From positions 8,908 to 72,907 of the forward strand of contig PJMF01000012.1 of assembly GCA_003173865.1 (NCBI GenBank): a stretch of 64,000 nucleotides of DNA, given 5' to 3'. Below are positions 19,935-30,413 of this stretch, piece after piece. Position numbers and translations under genes: made by a program. Numbering within the stretch: the first letter of the stretch is position 1; every line of letters starts with the position of its first letter. This DNA is from Minisyncoccota bacterium. GTDB lineage: Bacteria > Patescibacteriota > Microgenomatia > UBA1400 > PJMF01. Below the pieces are notes generated by a model. It did no database searches. It saw only the letters and a program-made list of their open reading frames with translations, and was not told where the DNA came from.

Positions 19935-21182
19935 ATGTCCAACATTCAACGCCTTCAGGCACGTCAAATTTTAGATTCACGCGGAAATCCAACTGTGGAA
20001 GTGGATCTTTTTCTTGACGATGGTTCTTGGGGCCGTGCTGCAGTGCCAAGTGGAGCGAGCACTGGATCACGCGAAGCACTTGAACTGCGAGATGGCGATT
20101 CCGCCTATTTAGGAAAAGGCGTCCTCAAAGCAATTCAACATATTCGTGAAGTGATTGCTCCAGCAGTTGAGGGGAAAAGTTTTTCTCAAAAAGAACTTGA
20201 TGACCTGATGCTTCAACTTGACGGCACTGAGACGAAAAGTAACTTGGGTGCAAATGCAATTTTAGCTGTATCTATGGCATATGTCGTTGCACAAGCACAT
20301 GCACAACACCTGCCGCTATACAAATATATTGGTCAGTTAGCTGGAAATACCGATTTCCACCTCCCAAAACCGATTTTTAATTTACTCAATGGTGGCGCCC
20401 ACGCAGATTGGACCACTGACATTCAAGAGTACATTCTTTTTCCAATGAAACATGAACCATATGCTGAACAGTTGCGCAAATCAGTTGAGGTCTTTCATCA
20501 TTTAGGCAAAATTTTAATCAGTCGAGGATACTCTACACACGTTGGGAATGAAGGTGGCTACGCACCAAGTTTACAGTCAAACGAAGAAGCATTTAACTTA
20601 ATTCCCGAGGCCGTGCAACAAGCAGGCTATACCATGGGGCACGACGGTGACTTCATGTTGGGTATTGATGCCGCGGCATCTGAGTTTTTTAAAGAAGGAA
20701 TGTATCATCTCAAACGAGACGGCGCGACTAAAAGTTCAACTGAAATGATTGCGTGGTATCAAGACTTGATGACGAAATACCCCATTTTTTCGCTAGAAGA
20801 TTTACTTGCAGAAGAAGATTGGGATGGCTGGAAACACGTCACTGCCCAAATTGGAGCAGACGTCCAAGTGGTTGGCGATGACTTAACTGTGACCAATCCT
20901 CGCTATATTCAAAAAGCAGTTGATGGCAAAAACTGCAACGCCGTGATCATCAAACTGAACCAGATTGGAACGGTGAGCGAAACACTGGAAGCAATTCGCT
21001 TGTGTAAAGCTGCTGGCTGGGTTACCATTGCCTCTCATCGGAGCGGCGAAACAGAAGATACGTTTATCGCACATCTTGCAGTCGGTGCGGGCACCGATCA
21101 AATCAAAACCGGTGCACCTTCACGAACAGATCGTACAGCGAAGTACAACGAGTTACTGCGCATTGCAGAAGAACTTTTATGA
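19935..21182 (+). CDS. eno: Enolase
   Basis: DSRGNPTVE, VPSGASTG, VGDDL and SHRSGETED motifs. Confidence 0.98.
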   Translation: MSNIQRLQARQILDSRGNPTVEVDLFLDDGSWGRAAVPSGASTGSREALELRDGDSAYLGKGVLKAIQHIREVIAPAVEGKSFSQKELDDLMLQLDGTETKSNLGANAILAVSMAYVVAQAHAQHLPLYKYIGQLAGNTDFHLPKPIFNLLNGGAHADWTTDIQEYILFPMKHEPYAEQLRKSVEVFHHLGKILISRGYSTHVGNEGGYAPSLQSNEEAFNLIPEAVQQAGYTMGHDGDFMLGIDAAASEFFKEGMYHLKRDGATKSSTEMIAWYQDLMTKYPIFSLEDLLAEEDWDGWKHVTAQIGADVQVVGDDLTVTNPRYIQKAVDGKNCNAVIIKLNQIGTVSETLEAIRLCKAAGWVTIASHRSGETEDTFIAHLAVGAGTDQIKTGAPSRTDRTAKYNELLRIAEELL

Positions 21183-22738
21183 TTAAAAATAAAGTTGACG
21201 GGCCAGTGGTACTCATCGTTTTGGATGGATGGGGTGTGCGCGAAGAAAAAAAAGATAACGGAGTTGCCCTCGCTCACACTCCTTTTTTTGATTCATTACT
21301 TGCTAAATATCCCCACACGACGCTTCATGCTTCTGGCGAACACGTCGGATTACCCGCAGGTCAAATGGGTGGCAGCGAGGTGGGACACACTACCATCGGG
21401 GCCGGAAAGGTGCAGTATCAGCAACTTGTCAAAATTAATAACGCAATTAAGTCAGGTGAATTTGCTCTAAATCCCGCTTTTCAAGAAGCATTTGCGTATA
21501 CATACACGCATCATAGCCAACTCCACATCATGGGATTACTCAGTCCAGGTGGTATTCACTCACATCAAAATCATTTTTTTGAGTTAATTAATGCAGCTCT
21601 TGCCGCGAAAGTAGAAAAAATCATTTTACATCCATTTCTGGATGGCTCGGATACCCCAAGAACTGCCGGCTCCGGGTACCTCGAGTCACTGGAAAAATAT
21701 ATTGAGACACGGCCAAGTTGTCACATTGCGACAGTGATGAGTCGTTACTTTGCAATGGATCGCAATACGAACTGGGATCGAATTCAGGTAGCTCTTGATG
21801 CAATCCAGTTTGGCAAAGCACAAAACACATACACTGGAGAAGTCAAACCTTCACGAGTTGTGAGGGATTTTTATAAAGACTCTGTCTTTGACGATCACAT
21901 GCCACCTTTAGTCTTTGGTGAACCAAACCCTTTTACGTTTCAAAAAAACGATGCCGTGATCTTTATCAACTTTCGTTCTGATCGTGCGCAGCAACTCAGT
22001 CAAAAAATTTGCGAAGTTACTGACAAACTTCAGCTTTGTTTTGTCACCATGAGTAATTACGGGAGTTCTGTAAAAGCAAAAGTTGCATTCGAAGTCGATA
22101 AAATTGAGCACACGCTTGCAAGTATTCTTTCCGCACATCATTTTACGCAAGCGCATCTGGCTGAAACTGAGAAAATTGCTCACGCAACTTTTTTTCTGAA
22201 CGGGGGTCGCGCTGAACCCTTCCCAGGCGAAGAACACGTCTTGATACCCAGTCGTAAAGACGTCGCAAGTCATGATCTCGCTCCTGAAATGAAAGCCAAA
22301 GAAATTTGTGATGCAGCACTCGAAAGATTAGATCGAAGTAATTTTCTTTTTATTAACTTTGCCAATCCAGATATGGTTGGGCACACTGCGGTTCCTCACG
22401 CAATTATCAAAGCAGTTGAAACAGTTGATCAGCAGCTGGCGCGACTGGTACCCGCGGTCATTGCAAAAAATGGCGCTTTGCTGATTATTGCCGACCACGG
22501 CAATGCAGAAGAAATGGTTGACCAAAAAACTGGGGAGCCACACACCTCGCATACTACCAACCCAGTCCCATGTATTTTTGTACACTCCAGTTTTCATCCA
22601 AAATTAAAACACCAAGATCAAGGATTAAAAGATGTCGCACCCACTATTTTGGAGTTATTTGGTATTCAAAAACCAGACATCATGACGGGGAAATCACTTT
22701 TTCTCTCCCACTACATGACCCCCAAACTCACTTCTTAA
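21179..22738 (+). CDS. gpmI: 2,3-bisphosphoglycerate-independent phosphoglycerate mutase
   Basis: LIVLDGWG, GQMGGSEVGH, RYFAMDR, NFRSDR, AETEK, NPDMVGH, ADHGNAE and HTSHT motifs. Confidence 0.96.
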   Translation: MIKNKVDGPVVLIVLDGWGVREEKKDNGVALAHTPFFDSLLAKYPHTTLHASGEHVGLPAGQMGGSEVGHTTIGAGKVQYQQLVKINNAIKSGEFALNPAFQEAFAYTYTHHSQLHIMGLLSPGGIHSHQNHFFELINAALAAKVEKIILHPFLDGSDTPRTAGSGYLESLEKYIETRPSCHIATVMSRYFAMDRNTNWDRIQVALDAIQFGKAQNTYTGEVKPSRVVRDFYKDSVFDDHMPPLVFGEPNPFTFQKNDAVIFINFRSDRAQQLSQKICEVTDKLQLCFVTMSNYGSSVKAKVAFEVDKIEHTLASILSAHHFTQAHLAETEKIAHATFFLNGGRAEPFPGEEHVLIPSRKDVASHDLAPEMKAKEICDAALERLDRSNFLFINFANPDMVGHTAVPHAIIKAVETVDQQLARLVPAVIAKNGALLIIADHGNAEEMVDQKTGEPHTSHTTNPVPCIFVHSSFHPKLKHQDQGLKDVAPTILELFGIQKPDIMTGKSLFLSHYMTPKLTS

Positions 22739-23596
22739 AACGTTAACGACTCTATTTGCATAACGCGGATTATTTGCAGATTCCTTTCGAACGTTGAGTG
22801 AAGCTTCAATAATGGGTACTTGTACATTCAGCTCTTGAGCAGTTTCTACTGTCCATTGCCCTTCACCACTATGCGCGATCGTTGTGGCAATATCTTGAAG
22901 TTCAGTGCCTTGATGCAGATAACCAGACTGTAACCAACCAATTAAGCGTGACTCGATCACACTGCGATTGTTATAAACTTCACTCACTTTGAATAAATCT
23001 AAATGAAACGGTGACTCTTTGAGTACCTCAAATCCTTCTCCAATTGCTTGCATCATGCCATACTCGATGCCATTGTGCACCATTTTGACAAAATGTCCGG
23101 CGCCATTTCCCGAAAAAAATTGCAGCGCATTTGGAGCCGTGATGTCGATAAATAACTGCTTATACATTTCGAATGCATGAGCATCACCACCTATCATTAA
23201 ACACGCCCCACTCCGTGCACCTGCTGGCCCACCCGAGACACCCACATCAATAAAACGTATTCCAGCCTTTTGCAACGCAGCTGCTCGCTGCATGGTATCT
23301 TTATAAAAAGAGTTTCCTCCATCAATAATCGTGTCACCTTTGGTCAGTAAGGGCGTAATTTGGTCAATCATCTCACCCGTGACGGCGCCTGCGGGTAACA
23401 TCAGCCATATTACTCGGGGAGTTTTCAGTTGGGCAATGAGTTGTTCAATACTTTCAACTGTCACTGCACCTGCTGCTTCAACTTCTGCGCGTGGCTCGGC
23501 AGAACGATTCCATGCCACTACGTCATGCCCTTTTTCTAATACATGCAACACCATATTCTTGCCCATTTTCCCTAAACCAATATATCCAAGCTGCAT
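22694..23596 (-). CDS. gnd: 6-phosphogluconate dehydrogenase (decarboxylating, short YqeC type)
   Basis: GLGKMG, DGGNS, GVSGG, GAGHFVKMVHNGIEYG, SGEG.WT and R.EFGGH motifs. Confidence 0.95.
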   Translation of the reverse strand: MQLGYIGLGKMGKNMVLHVLEKGHDVVAWNRSAEPRAEVEAAGAVTVESIEQLIAQLKTPRVIWLMLPAGAVTGEMIDQITPLLTKGDTIIDGGNSFYKDTMQRAAALQKAGIRFIDVGVSGGPAGARSGACLMIGGDAHAFEMYKQLFIDITAPNALQFFSGNGAGHFVKMVHNGIEYGMMQAIGEGFEVLKESPFHLDLFKVSEVYNNRSVIESRLIGWLQSGYLHQGTELQDIATTIAHSGEGQWTVETAQELNVQVPIIEASLNVRKESANNPRYANRVVNVLRSEFGGHVVGEKK

Positions 23597-23605
23597 ACCT
23601 TCCTT

Positions 23606-25075
23606 TCACATTTCAACACTTGGTTGAATCCATTGACGTTTATCTTGTTTAATTAATTGAGTAAATGAACTGGGACCCCAGCTGCCTGCTTTATATGCCT
23701 CAGGCCGAAACTTCGCTCTCATTTTGTAATCGAGGAGTGGTTGAACAAAATGCCAAGAACTTTCAATTCCATCTGAGCGTGGGAAAAGCGTTGGATCACC
23801 TTGAACTGCATCATAAATTAACTTGACATATGCTTCGACGAGTCCCATCTGAAACTCATTCCGATAACCAAACTGCATCGGGACTTCATTGAGTTGTAAA
23901 TGAAGACCTGGTTTTTTGACCTTTAAGCGAACGACGACTCCTTCGTTTGGTTGAATGCGCAAAGTAAGTACATTCCCTCTTTGCACGCGATCAAGTTCTG
24001 AAAACATTGCATTGGGCGGCTCTTTAAACTGAATTGAAATTTCTGTCACTGTACTTTCAAGACGTTTCCCTGCCCGAATATAAATAGGTACATTGCGCCA
24101 ACGGTCACTATCCACAAAACAACGCAGCGCTGCAGCTGTTTCCGTTTGCGAGTGCGGTTCGATATGATTTTCTTCTAAAAATCCTCGAACGATATTTCCG
24201 TTGACTTTTCCGGCGATATACTGACCAAACTTCACGTCACGATCAATCTGGTCCAACTCAAATGGCCGAAGATTTGCAAGTACTTCATGGCGTTTCTGTC
24301 GAACATCCTGCGCTTGCAAGCTTTTTGGCTCATCCATCAAAGTAACAGCCAGCATCTGTAGTACATGATTCTGAATCACATCCCGAATGGTCCCTGTTTG
24401 GTCATAAAAAATTTCTCGCCCATCTATGCCTAAGTTTTCGGATGCAGTAACTTGGATGTTATCGATAAAGTTGCGATGCCAAAGGTGTTCAAAGATTCCG
24501 TTTGCAAAACGAAAAACGAGTAAATTTTGAACTGTTTCTTTTGCTAAAAAATGATCGATACGAAAAATCTGGTCTTCTTTAAATACAGATGTTAGCGCCT
24601 CATCGAGTTCGTGTGCAGATGCCACGTCCGTACCAAACGGCTTTTCCAGCATGATTTTTGTCCAACCACATGGCGCTTTTCCCATTCTAGCTGCTTGGAT
24701 GTGCCGAACCGTCTGGATATACAAACTCGGCAACGTTGCAACGTACCACAGATGATTGCCGCACGTAGCAAAGCTTTCATGGAGCGAGCGAATTTGTTCA
24801 AACGTTTGGCGATGATCAACGTCCCCTGGCAAATAGTAAAGACTTTTGGCAAATTTTTTCCATTCCGACTCATCTTTTGGTTGAACGACGCTGTACACGA
24901 ATTGTTCAAACTCGTGGTGAGTCATCACTTTGCGAGAGTTTCCGACTAAATTAAAAATTTCTGGTAGTAAACCTTCTTGATGAAGTGTATACAGCGCTTT
25001 CAAAATTTTTTTCTTGGCAAGATCACCAGTCGCTCCAATCAAAAAAAGAGTAAGGGGATGTTTAATTGGCTTCAT
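23606..25075 (-). CDS. zwf: Glucose-6-phosphate 1-dehydrogenase
   Basis: GATGDLA, EKPFG, RIDHFLAKE, RDVIQNH and RAGK motifs; start at ATG 25075. Confidence 0.97.
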   Translation of the reverse strand: MKPIKHPLTLFLIGATGDLAKKKILKALYTLHQEGLLPEIFNLVGNSRKVMTHHEFEQFVYSVVQPKDESEWKKFAKSLYYLPGDVDHRQTFEQIRSLHESFATCGNHLWYVATLPSLYIQTVRHIQAARMGKAPCGWTKIMLEKPFGTDVASAHELDEALTSVFKEDQIFRIDHFLAKETVQNLLVFRFANGIFEHLWHRNFIDNIQVTASENLGIDGREIFYDQTGTIRDVIQNHVLQMLAVTLMDEPKSLQAQDVRQKRHEVLANLRPFELDQIDRDVKFGQYIAGKVNGNIVRGFLEENHIEPHSQTETAAALRCFVDSDRWRNVPIYIRAGKRLESTVTEISIQFKEPPNAMFSELDRVQRGNVLTLRIQPNEGVVVRLKVKKPGLHLQLNEVPMQFGYRNEFQMGLVEAYVKLIYDAVQGDPTLFPRSDGIESSWHFVQPLLDYKMRAKFRPEAYKAGSWGPSSFTQLIKQDKRQWIQPSVEM

Positions 25076-25096
25076 ATGATAAGATGTCCTAGTATT

Positions 25097-25909
25097 GTGA
25101 CACACTCTTCTCAATTTCGCTTTCACATTTTTTCTGCTGAAAAAGTTGCGGTCGAAGCTGCTCACTCCTTGGCGAAAATATTAACAGACTCGTTGTCTCA
25201 AAATAAATCCGTACTGCTATTACTCTCCGGCGGATCGGCAATTAAGATGTATGGATATATCTTTCAATTTTTAGAAACAGGAACTCATTTACAGCACTTG
25301 AACCTTGGCTTAGCTGACGAGCGTTTTGGCCCGTTTGGTCACCCAGATAGTAATGAGCAACAGTTACGTGATGCTGGCGTTATCAAAGCGTTTGAAGATC
25401 GAGGAGCTCACTTTTTTGGTATGTTAACTCAAGATCACCTTAATGAAAAAGAAACTGCTAAACGAGCTGCGACAATTTATCGCCGCCTTTTTGAAGAGGC
25501 AGATACAATCATTCTTTCGGCAGGAATTGGTGAAGACGGTCATACGCTCGGCTGGTTACCAACCCAAACACGTAAAGAATTTATGCACCTTTACGATTCA
25601 CCTGCAGACGTTACTTTTTATACACTCGATCCTCGCAACTCACCGAATCCGTTTCGCTCACGCTTGACACTTACACTTACAGCAGCCAAAAAAGCACATC
25701 GTATGTTTGTTTTTGCTCAGGGAAAAAATAAACGTATGGCTCTGCAGAAGTTAACACAAGAAGTAGGTCCAGTTCACACTATTCCTGCTCGAGCGCTCTT
25801 CCAAAGCCTGCATCCACTCGAAATTTGGACAGATCAGGTGGTAACAGGTAAAAAAATAAAAAACGTCGTCCCAACTCCTTCTTCAGATCTGAATGAAATA
25901 CTTCCGTGA
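25097..25909 (+). CDS. pgl: 6-phosphogluconolactonase (glucosamine/galactosamine-6-P isomerase family)
   Basis: LLSGGSA, DERFG...H.DSN, GIGEDGHT, RLTLT and GKNK motifs; the start is uncertain (ATG 25076 or GTG 25097). Confidence 0.8.
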   Translation: MTHSSQFRFHIFSAEKVAVEAAHSLAKILTDSLSQNKSVLLLLSGGSAIKMYGYIFQFLETGTHLQHLNLGLADERFGPFGHPDSNEQQLRDAGVIKAFEDRGAHFFGMLTQDHLNEKETAKRAATIYRRLFEEADTIILSAGIGEDGHTLGWLPTQTRKEFMHLYDSPADVTFYTLDPRNSPNPFRSRLTLTLTAAKKAHRMFVFAQGKNKRMALQKLTQEVGPVHTIPARALFQSLHPLEIWTDQVVTGKKIKNVVPTPSSDLNEILP

Positions 25910-26814
25910 AAATCTTCTTGGATAATTTGTTTTGAAATTGATAAACCAATTCCCATTCCTAATTCTGGCTTTTTGGTAGTAAAGAGTGGTTCAAATACTT
26001 GGGCACGAATACTTCTCGGAATGCCACACCCATCATCATGAATCGAGACAACAATTCCCTCTTCCGATTTCTTTGACTGAATGACCACAGATTTATCAGA
26101 AAATTCGCTCTCTCTATTATCTTGATATGCATCAATTGCATTCGAAAGGAGATTGGTTATCACTTGATTAAACTTCAAGCTATTTCCGAACAAAATCAAC
26201 TCTCGATCTACCTCAGACTTCATTTTTACTTGTTTCTTTTTGGCTTTATACGAGAGAACTTGAATTGAGTGTTGAATTTCTCGACTCAGCGAGAAACGAG
26301 AGCTTAACTCCTGCTTTTGAATTTGTTTTCGCGCGGCAAGAATGAATTCTTCCATTTGTCTCAAGCTCTGCAACGCTCTTTTTACTGCGAGTAAATCATC
26401 TTTATGAGGTTTGATTCCTTCTAAATTTAACGACACTGCCGTTAAGGGATTAGTTAGGTCATGAAATAATCCAGAGGAAATTTTGCCTAGTTCTGCAAAA
26501 CGATAGAGTTGAAGAATTTTTTCCAGTTGCAGCTGTTTGAGTTCGCGAGTGCGTTCTTCCACTTTTTTTTCTAACAAATCACGCTCTTCTTTTAAAGCCT
26601 GTTCGGACCGGTGAACGCGTTCATATGAAAGTTCAATTTCTCGACTAGAAAGCCACAGTAATCCAGCAAAAAAGAAACTGGGAAAAAATGCGACGAACAT
26701 GTTAAAGTAATCACTTAAAACAATTGCCACCACAAAAGTGAACAACATCCCACTTATTAAAAGTCTATTTAAAACCAGCTCACGCCGGGCTAGTAATTTG
26801 GGTAGCTTAATCAA
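25834..26814 (-). CDS. Sensor histidine kinase (2 TM, coiled coil, HisKA/HATPase)
   Basis: H-box FHDLTNPL, N-box NLLSNAIDA, DDGCG, FEPLFTTK and GMGIGL motifs. Confidence 0.93.
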   Translation of the reverse strand: MIKLPKLLARRELVLNRLLISGMLFTFVVAIVLSDYFNMFVAFFPSFFFAGLLWLSSREIELSYERVHRSEQALKEERDLLEKKVEERTRELKQLQLEKILQLYRFAELGKISSGLFHDLTNPLTAVSLNLEGIKPHKDDLLAVKRALQSLRQMEEFILAARKQIQKQELSSRFSLSREIQHSIQVLSYKAKKKQVKMKSEVDRELILFGNSLKFNQVITNLLSNAIDAYQDNRESEFSDKSVVIQSKKSEEGIVVSIHDDGCGIPRSIRAQVFEPLFTTKKPELGMGIGLSISKQIIQEDFHGSISFRSEEGVGTTFFIFLPVTT

Positions 26815-27469
26815 TTTTGTATCCTAATCCACGAATAGTTTGAATTCGATGTGATCCATGTGGTTTATCGATCTTATCTCGCAAAAACTTGATATGAACG
26901 TCAATGGTATTGATCGAGGGATTTGCATTGCTCTCCCAAACATGCTCGAAAAGCATGTCACGGGTCACTACTCTTCCGGCGTTGCGCATCAAGTACTCGA
27001 GAATTTGAAACTCTCTTCGTCGTAACTCAATTTTTTTTCCGTGGAGAAACACTTCTCCTGATTCAGGATCAAGAATTAGATGTTTAATCGAGATTCGATT
27101 GTACAGTATTTGTGGGCCTCTTCTACTTAAGGCGCGAAGTCGCGCATGTAGCTCGGCGAAGCTAAAAGGCTTCGAAAGAAAATCGTCAGCACCGGCATCC
27201 AAGCTGCGTACTTTATCTTCAACAGCAATACTAGCCGTTAAAATTAAGATCGGAGCAGTAATTTTATTTGCGCGAATACGCTGACACAGTTTAATCCCGT
27301 CTGAATCAGGCAAATTTAAGTCTAAAATAATTACGTCGTATGATGAGGACTCTAAGTAACTCAGCGCTTCACGGGCGGTTTCAGTCAAGTCAATCGCATA
27401 ACGATGTTTTACTCCATCGCGAATCGTTTGAGCTGTTTCAAGATCGTCTTCAATTAATAATATGCGCAT
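26807..27469 (-). CDS. OmpR/PhoB-family response regulator
   Basis: LLIEDD, LDLNLPDSDG, GADDFLSKPF and IDVHIKFLRDKID...TIRGLGY; overlaps the kinase start. Confidence 0.95.
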   Translation of the reverse strand: MRILLIEDDLETAQTIRDGVKHRYAIDLTETAREALSYLESSSYDVIILDLNLPDSDGIKLCQRIRANKITAPILILTASIAVEDKVRSLDAGADDFLSKPFSFAELHARLRALSRRGPQILYNRISIKHLILDPESGEVFLHGKKIELRRREFQILEYLMRNAGRVVTRDMLFEHVWESNANPSINTIDVHIKFLRDKIDKPHGSHRIQTIRGLGYKID

Positions 27470-27515
27470 AAGAAAGAATCCCTCGGGCAGACTCATCACT
27501 TATGACACACAAAGA

Positions 27516-27535
27516 TTAAAAATTCATTAAATAAT
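27516..27535 (-). promoter_or_regulatory. Putative OmpR/PhoB-type direct-repeat box
   Basis: The + strand reads TTAAA-AATTCA-TTAAA-TAAT, with the same spacing and 3' flank as 9131-9150. Confidence 0.45.
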
Positions 27536-27554
27536 ATCCGCAGAATTTGCGTTA

Positions 27555-28622
27555 TTAAACTTTAAACTCACCCTCGACTAAAATTTCCTTGCCATTCGCT
27601 AACACTTTAGAACCAGAGAGCCGCATATCTTTGACCATATCCATATGAATTGCAGATTGGTTGATACCACCACAATCTGGGAACGCAAAACCAATTGCCA
27701 TGTGAATGGTGCCCTTCATTTTTTCGTCAAAAAGCACGTTGTTCATATACTTTGTGACACCTGGATTTCCACCAATTGCAAACTCACCCAAACGCCGGGA
27801 ACCTTTGTCTGTATCAAGGATGTGCTCGAGAAACGCTTGGTTTTCAGTAGCCTCAGCTTTGACGACGAGTCCTTTCTCAAAAAACAAGTGAATGTCCCGC
27901 ATCGTTACGCTTTGGTACGTTAACGGATAATTAAAGTAGACTTCGCCTTCAACTGAGTCATCAACTGGCGCAGTAAATGTTTCGCCTCCAGGAATATTGG
28001 CTTTCCAGTCATCAAAAATCCAAGTGCGGCCTTTTGTTGAGAGTTTGAGATGCGTTTTTTCACCAATGACTTCAATTTCCTTATTCGTCAACGCTTTTGC
28101 CAATTTTTTCATTTGCTGTTCGATCTCAGTCCAATCTTGATTCACAGAACTAAAGTAAAAATCTTCAAGCTCTTGTAAATTCATGTTGGCAGCTTGAGCC
28201 ATCGCTGGCGTTGGATAGTACGTGAGCACCCAAGGCTTTTTAGAAATAATGCGATGATGCGGTTCAATGATTTTCGCGCGAACTTGAATCTTCTTCGGAT
28301 CGACATTAATCATGTCCCGAGCATTGACTTCAGAACGAATAACAATCGATTTATCAAAGTGACGTGCGTTAAATGCATAAAGATCTGGTTCAACTTTGAG
28401 CTGAGCATCTGAAGCATTTTTGTAGTACCAACTTCCCAGCTCTTCTACTGCGATATCTAGATATGGAAGCCCGCCAGCGAGAATCACTTGCTTATAGACT
28501 TCTTTCGCCATGGGTAAACCAATTGGATCAGATAAACGAATCCAAACTTTTTCACCTTTTTTGACCGAAACTGATTTATTCACTAGATTTTGCGCGAGTT
28601 GGATGAGACGTGAATCAGTCAT
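27555..28622 (-). CDS. Aminopeptidase, M29 (AmpS/PepS) family
   Basis: NIPGGETFTAP, LGEFAIG, LFDEKM.GTIHMAIG and NQSAIHMD motifs. Confidence 0.93.
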   Translation of the reverse strand: MTDSRLIQLAQNLVNKSVSVKKGEKVWIRLSDPIGLPMAKEVYKQVILAGGLPYLDIAVEELGSWYYKNASDAQLKVEPDLYAFNARHFDKSIVIRSEVNARDMINVDPKKIQVRAKIIEPHHRIISKKPWVLTYYPTPAMAQAANMNLQELEDFYFSSVNQDWTEIEQQMKKLAKALTNKEIEVIGEKTHLKLSTKGRTWIFDDWKANIPGGETFTAPVDDSVEGEVYFNYPLTYQSVTMRDIHLFFEKGLVVKAEATENQAFLEHILDTDKGSRRLGEFAIGGNPGVTKYMNNVLFDEKMKGTIHMAIGFAFPDCGGINQSAIHMDMVKDMRLSGSKVLANGKEILVEGEFKV

Positions 28623-28698
28623 AGACTTAAGCGACATTATAGTGAATTACTTTACGTTGACAATACGCTTCGTGTGATAATTTAAGGGCAGATACAAA

Positions 28699-30393
28699 TT
28701 ACGCCTCACATGCATACACACACATTTTCGATTGATTAAATTTCTGCGCAGCATTCGTGCTGTGCTGATAATAGAGTGTCTTGATCTTTGACTCCCAAGC
28801 AAAAATGTACAAGTTATTAATATCCTTGGCTGGAACGCTTGGGTTAATCATCAAGTTCAATGACTGACCTTGGTCAATATACTGTTGACGTGTTGAAGCC
28901 TGATCAATAATCGCAATCTGGTCGATTTCACAAAATGTCTTGAACACTTCTTTTTCCTGTTCTGATAAAAACTCGAGATGTTGGACTGATCCGTCATTAT
29001 TACGAATTGAGTTCCAGACTTCTTTGGTATTCTTGCCTTTTTCCTCGAGCAACTTCTCGAGTGCCGGGTTTTTGATCGTCACTTTAATTTTTGCGATGTC
29101 TTTGACGTAACAGTTCGACCAAATTGGCTCAATACTTTGAGAAACTTGCCCAAGAATAAATGCTGATGATGTGGTCGGCGCAATTGCGTTGAGCGTGGTG
29201 TTCCTTCTACCGTATCCTTTCAGCAGTGAAGGCTCTCCAAACTCTTTTGCTAAATCTGCAGAGGCTTGGTACGACTTCTCTCGAATTGATTTGAAGACTT
29301 TGGCGTTGAGTTTTTTGGCTTCAATGCTCTCAAATGAAATCATTTTCGATTGAAGGTATGAGTGCCAACCCAACACTCCCAGTCCTAACGCTCGATTCGC
29401 AACTGCGAAGTTATATGCGCGTTCCATGAAGTAAAATGCTCTGCGGTCACTCTCTTTTTTAGAATCCCGGAAGTGTTCAAGCTTCTGAATAAACTCAGTC
29501 ATGACTGCATCGAGGAAGTACACCATGGTTTCGACTGCATCCGTATCTTTCCACTCGTCGTAATGTAAAAGATTGAGCGAAGATAAGTCGCAAACAAATG
29601 ACCACTCATCGTTCGTGGGTAACATGATTTCTGAACATAAATTACTGTGACGAATTGGCAGTTTTTTATCTTTGTATACGTCGACTGTGTAATTATTGAC
29701 GTTATCTTTGAAAAAGATATACGGATATCCCATCTCCACGCGGCGCTGAATCACTTTTGCCCAAATTTTGCGCTTCTTTGTATCGCCAGCAATCATTTCT
29801 TCCATAAATTTATCTGTTACCGTGACGCCATGCGTAAGCTCTTGAATGGGGTTGCCTTCTGTCCCAATCTCCAAAAATTCTTCGATATCTGGATGCTCAA
29901 CTGGCAAATAGGGCGAGAAAGCACCTCGCCGAGTGGAGCCTTGACTCACCACATTAATAATGGTTTCAAACAACTTCATGAAGTGCACAGATCCGGATGA
30001 AACTCCATTATCCGTAATGTCTGCCCCACGAGGACGTAAATCACCAAAGTAAGCACCCGTCCCGCCACCAAACTTCGTCATCATTCCCACCTCTGCTTGG
30101 GCATATAAAATTTGACTCATACTGTCCGAAATGTGCACGGAAAAACAACTAATGGGTAACCCTTTTTCCAGTCCAAAATTGGCCCAGATTGGAGTTGATA
30201 AAGAGTAGTACCCTTTTGCCATGTAGGTATAAAATTTATCCGCAAACCCTTTTTTCTTGAGGATTTTTTCAGCACGCTTCGCAATAAACTCAATGCGCTC
30301 CTCTGGAGTCACTCCTTCGGCGAGGTAGCCTCGATCGAGGAACTTGCGGCTGTTTTCATTTAACCAGGTGATTGGGGTGGTGTTTTTTTTCAT
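28699..30393 (-). CDS. nrdA: Class I ribonucleotide reductase alpha subunit, short form lacking an ATP cone
   Basis: LPISCF, GGGTG, SNLCSEI, FVCDLSS, AIAPTTSS, IDQGQSLN, KTLYY and C-terminal C..ACE motifs. Confidence 0.95.
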   Translation of the reverse strand: MKKNTTPITWLNENSRKFLDRGYLAEGVTPEERIEFIAKRAEKILKKKGFADKFYTYMAKGYYSLSTPIWANFGLEKGLPISCFSVHISDSMSQILYAQAEVGMMTKFGGGTGAYFGDLRPRGADITDNGVSSGSVHFMKLFETIINVVSQGSTRRGAFSPYLPVEHPDIEEFLEIGTEGNPIQELTHGVTVTDKFMEEMIAGDTKKRKIWAKVIQRRVEMGYPYIFFKDNVNNYTVDVYKDKKLPIRHSNLCSEIMLPTNDEWSFVCDLSSLNLLHYDEWKDTDAVETMVYFLDAVMTEFIQKLEHFRDSKKESDRRAFYFMERAYNFAVANRALGLGVLGWHSYLQSKMISFESIEAKKLNAKVFKSIREKSYQASADLAKEFGEPSLLKGYGRRNTTLNAIAPTTSSAFILGQVSQSIEPIWSNCYVKDIAKIKVTIKNPALEKLLEEKGKNTKEVWNSIRNNDGSVQHLEFLSEQEKEVFKTFCEIDQIAIIDQASTRQQYIDQGQSLNLMINPSVPAKDINNLYIFAWESKIKTLYYQHSTNAAQKFNQSKMCVYACEA

Positions 30394-30413
30394 AGGGTGA
30401 AAACTCCTTGAGC

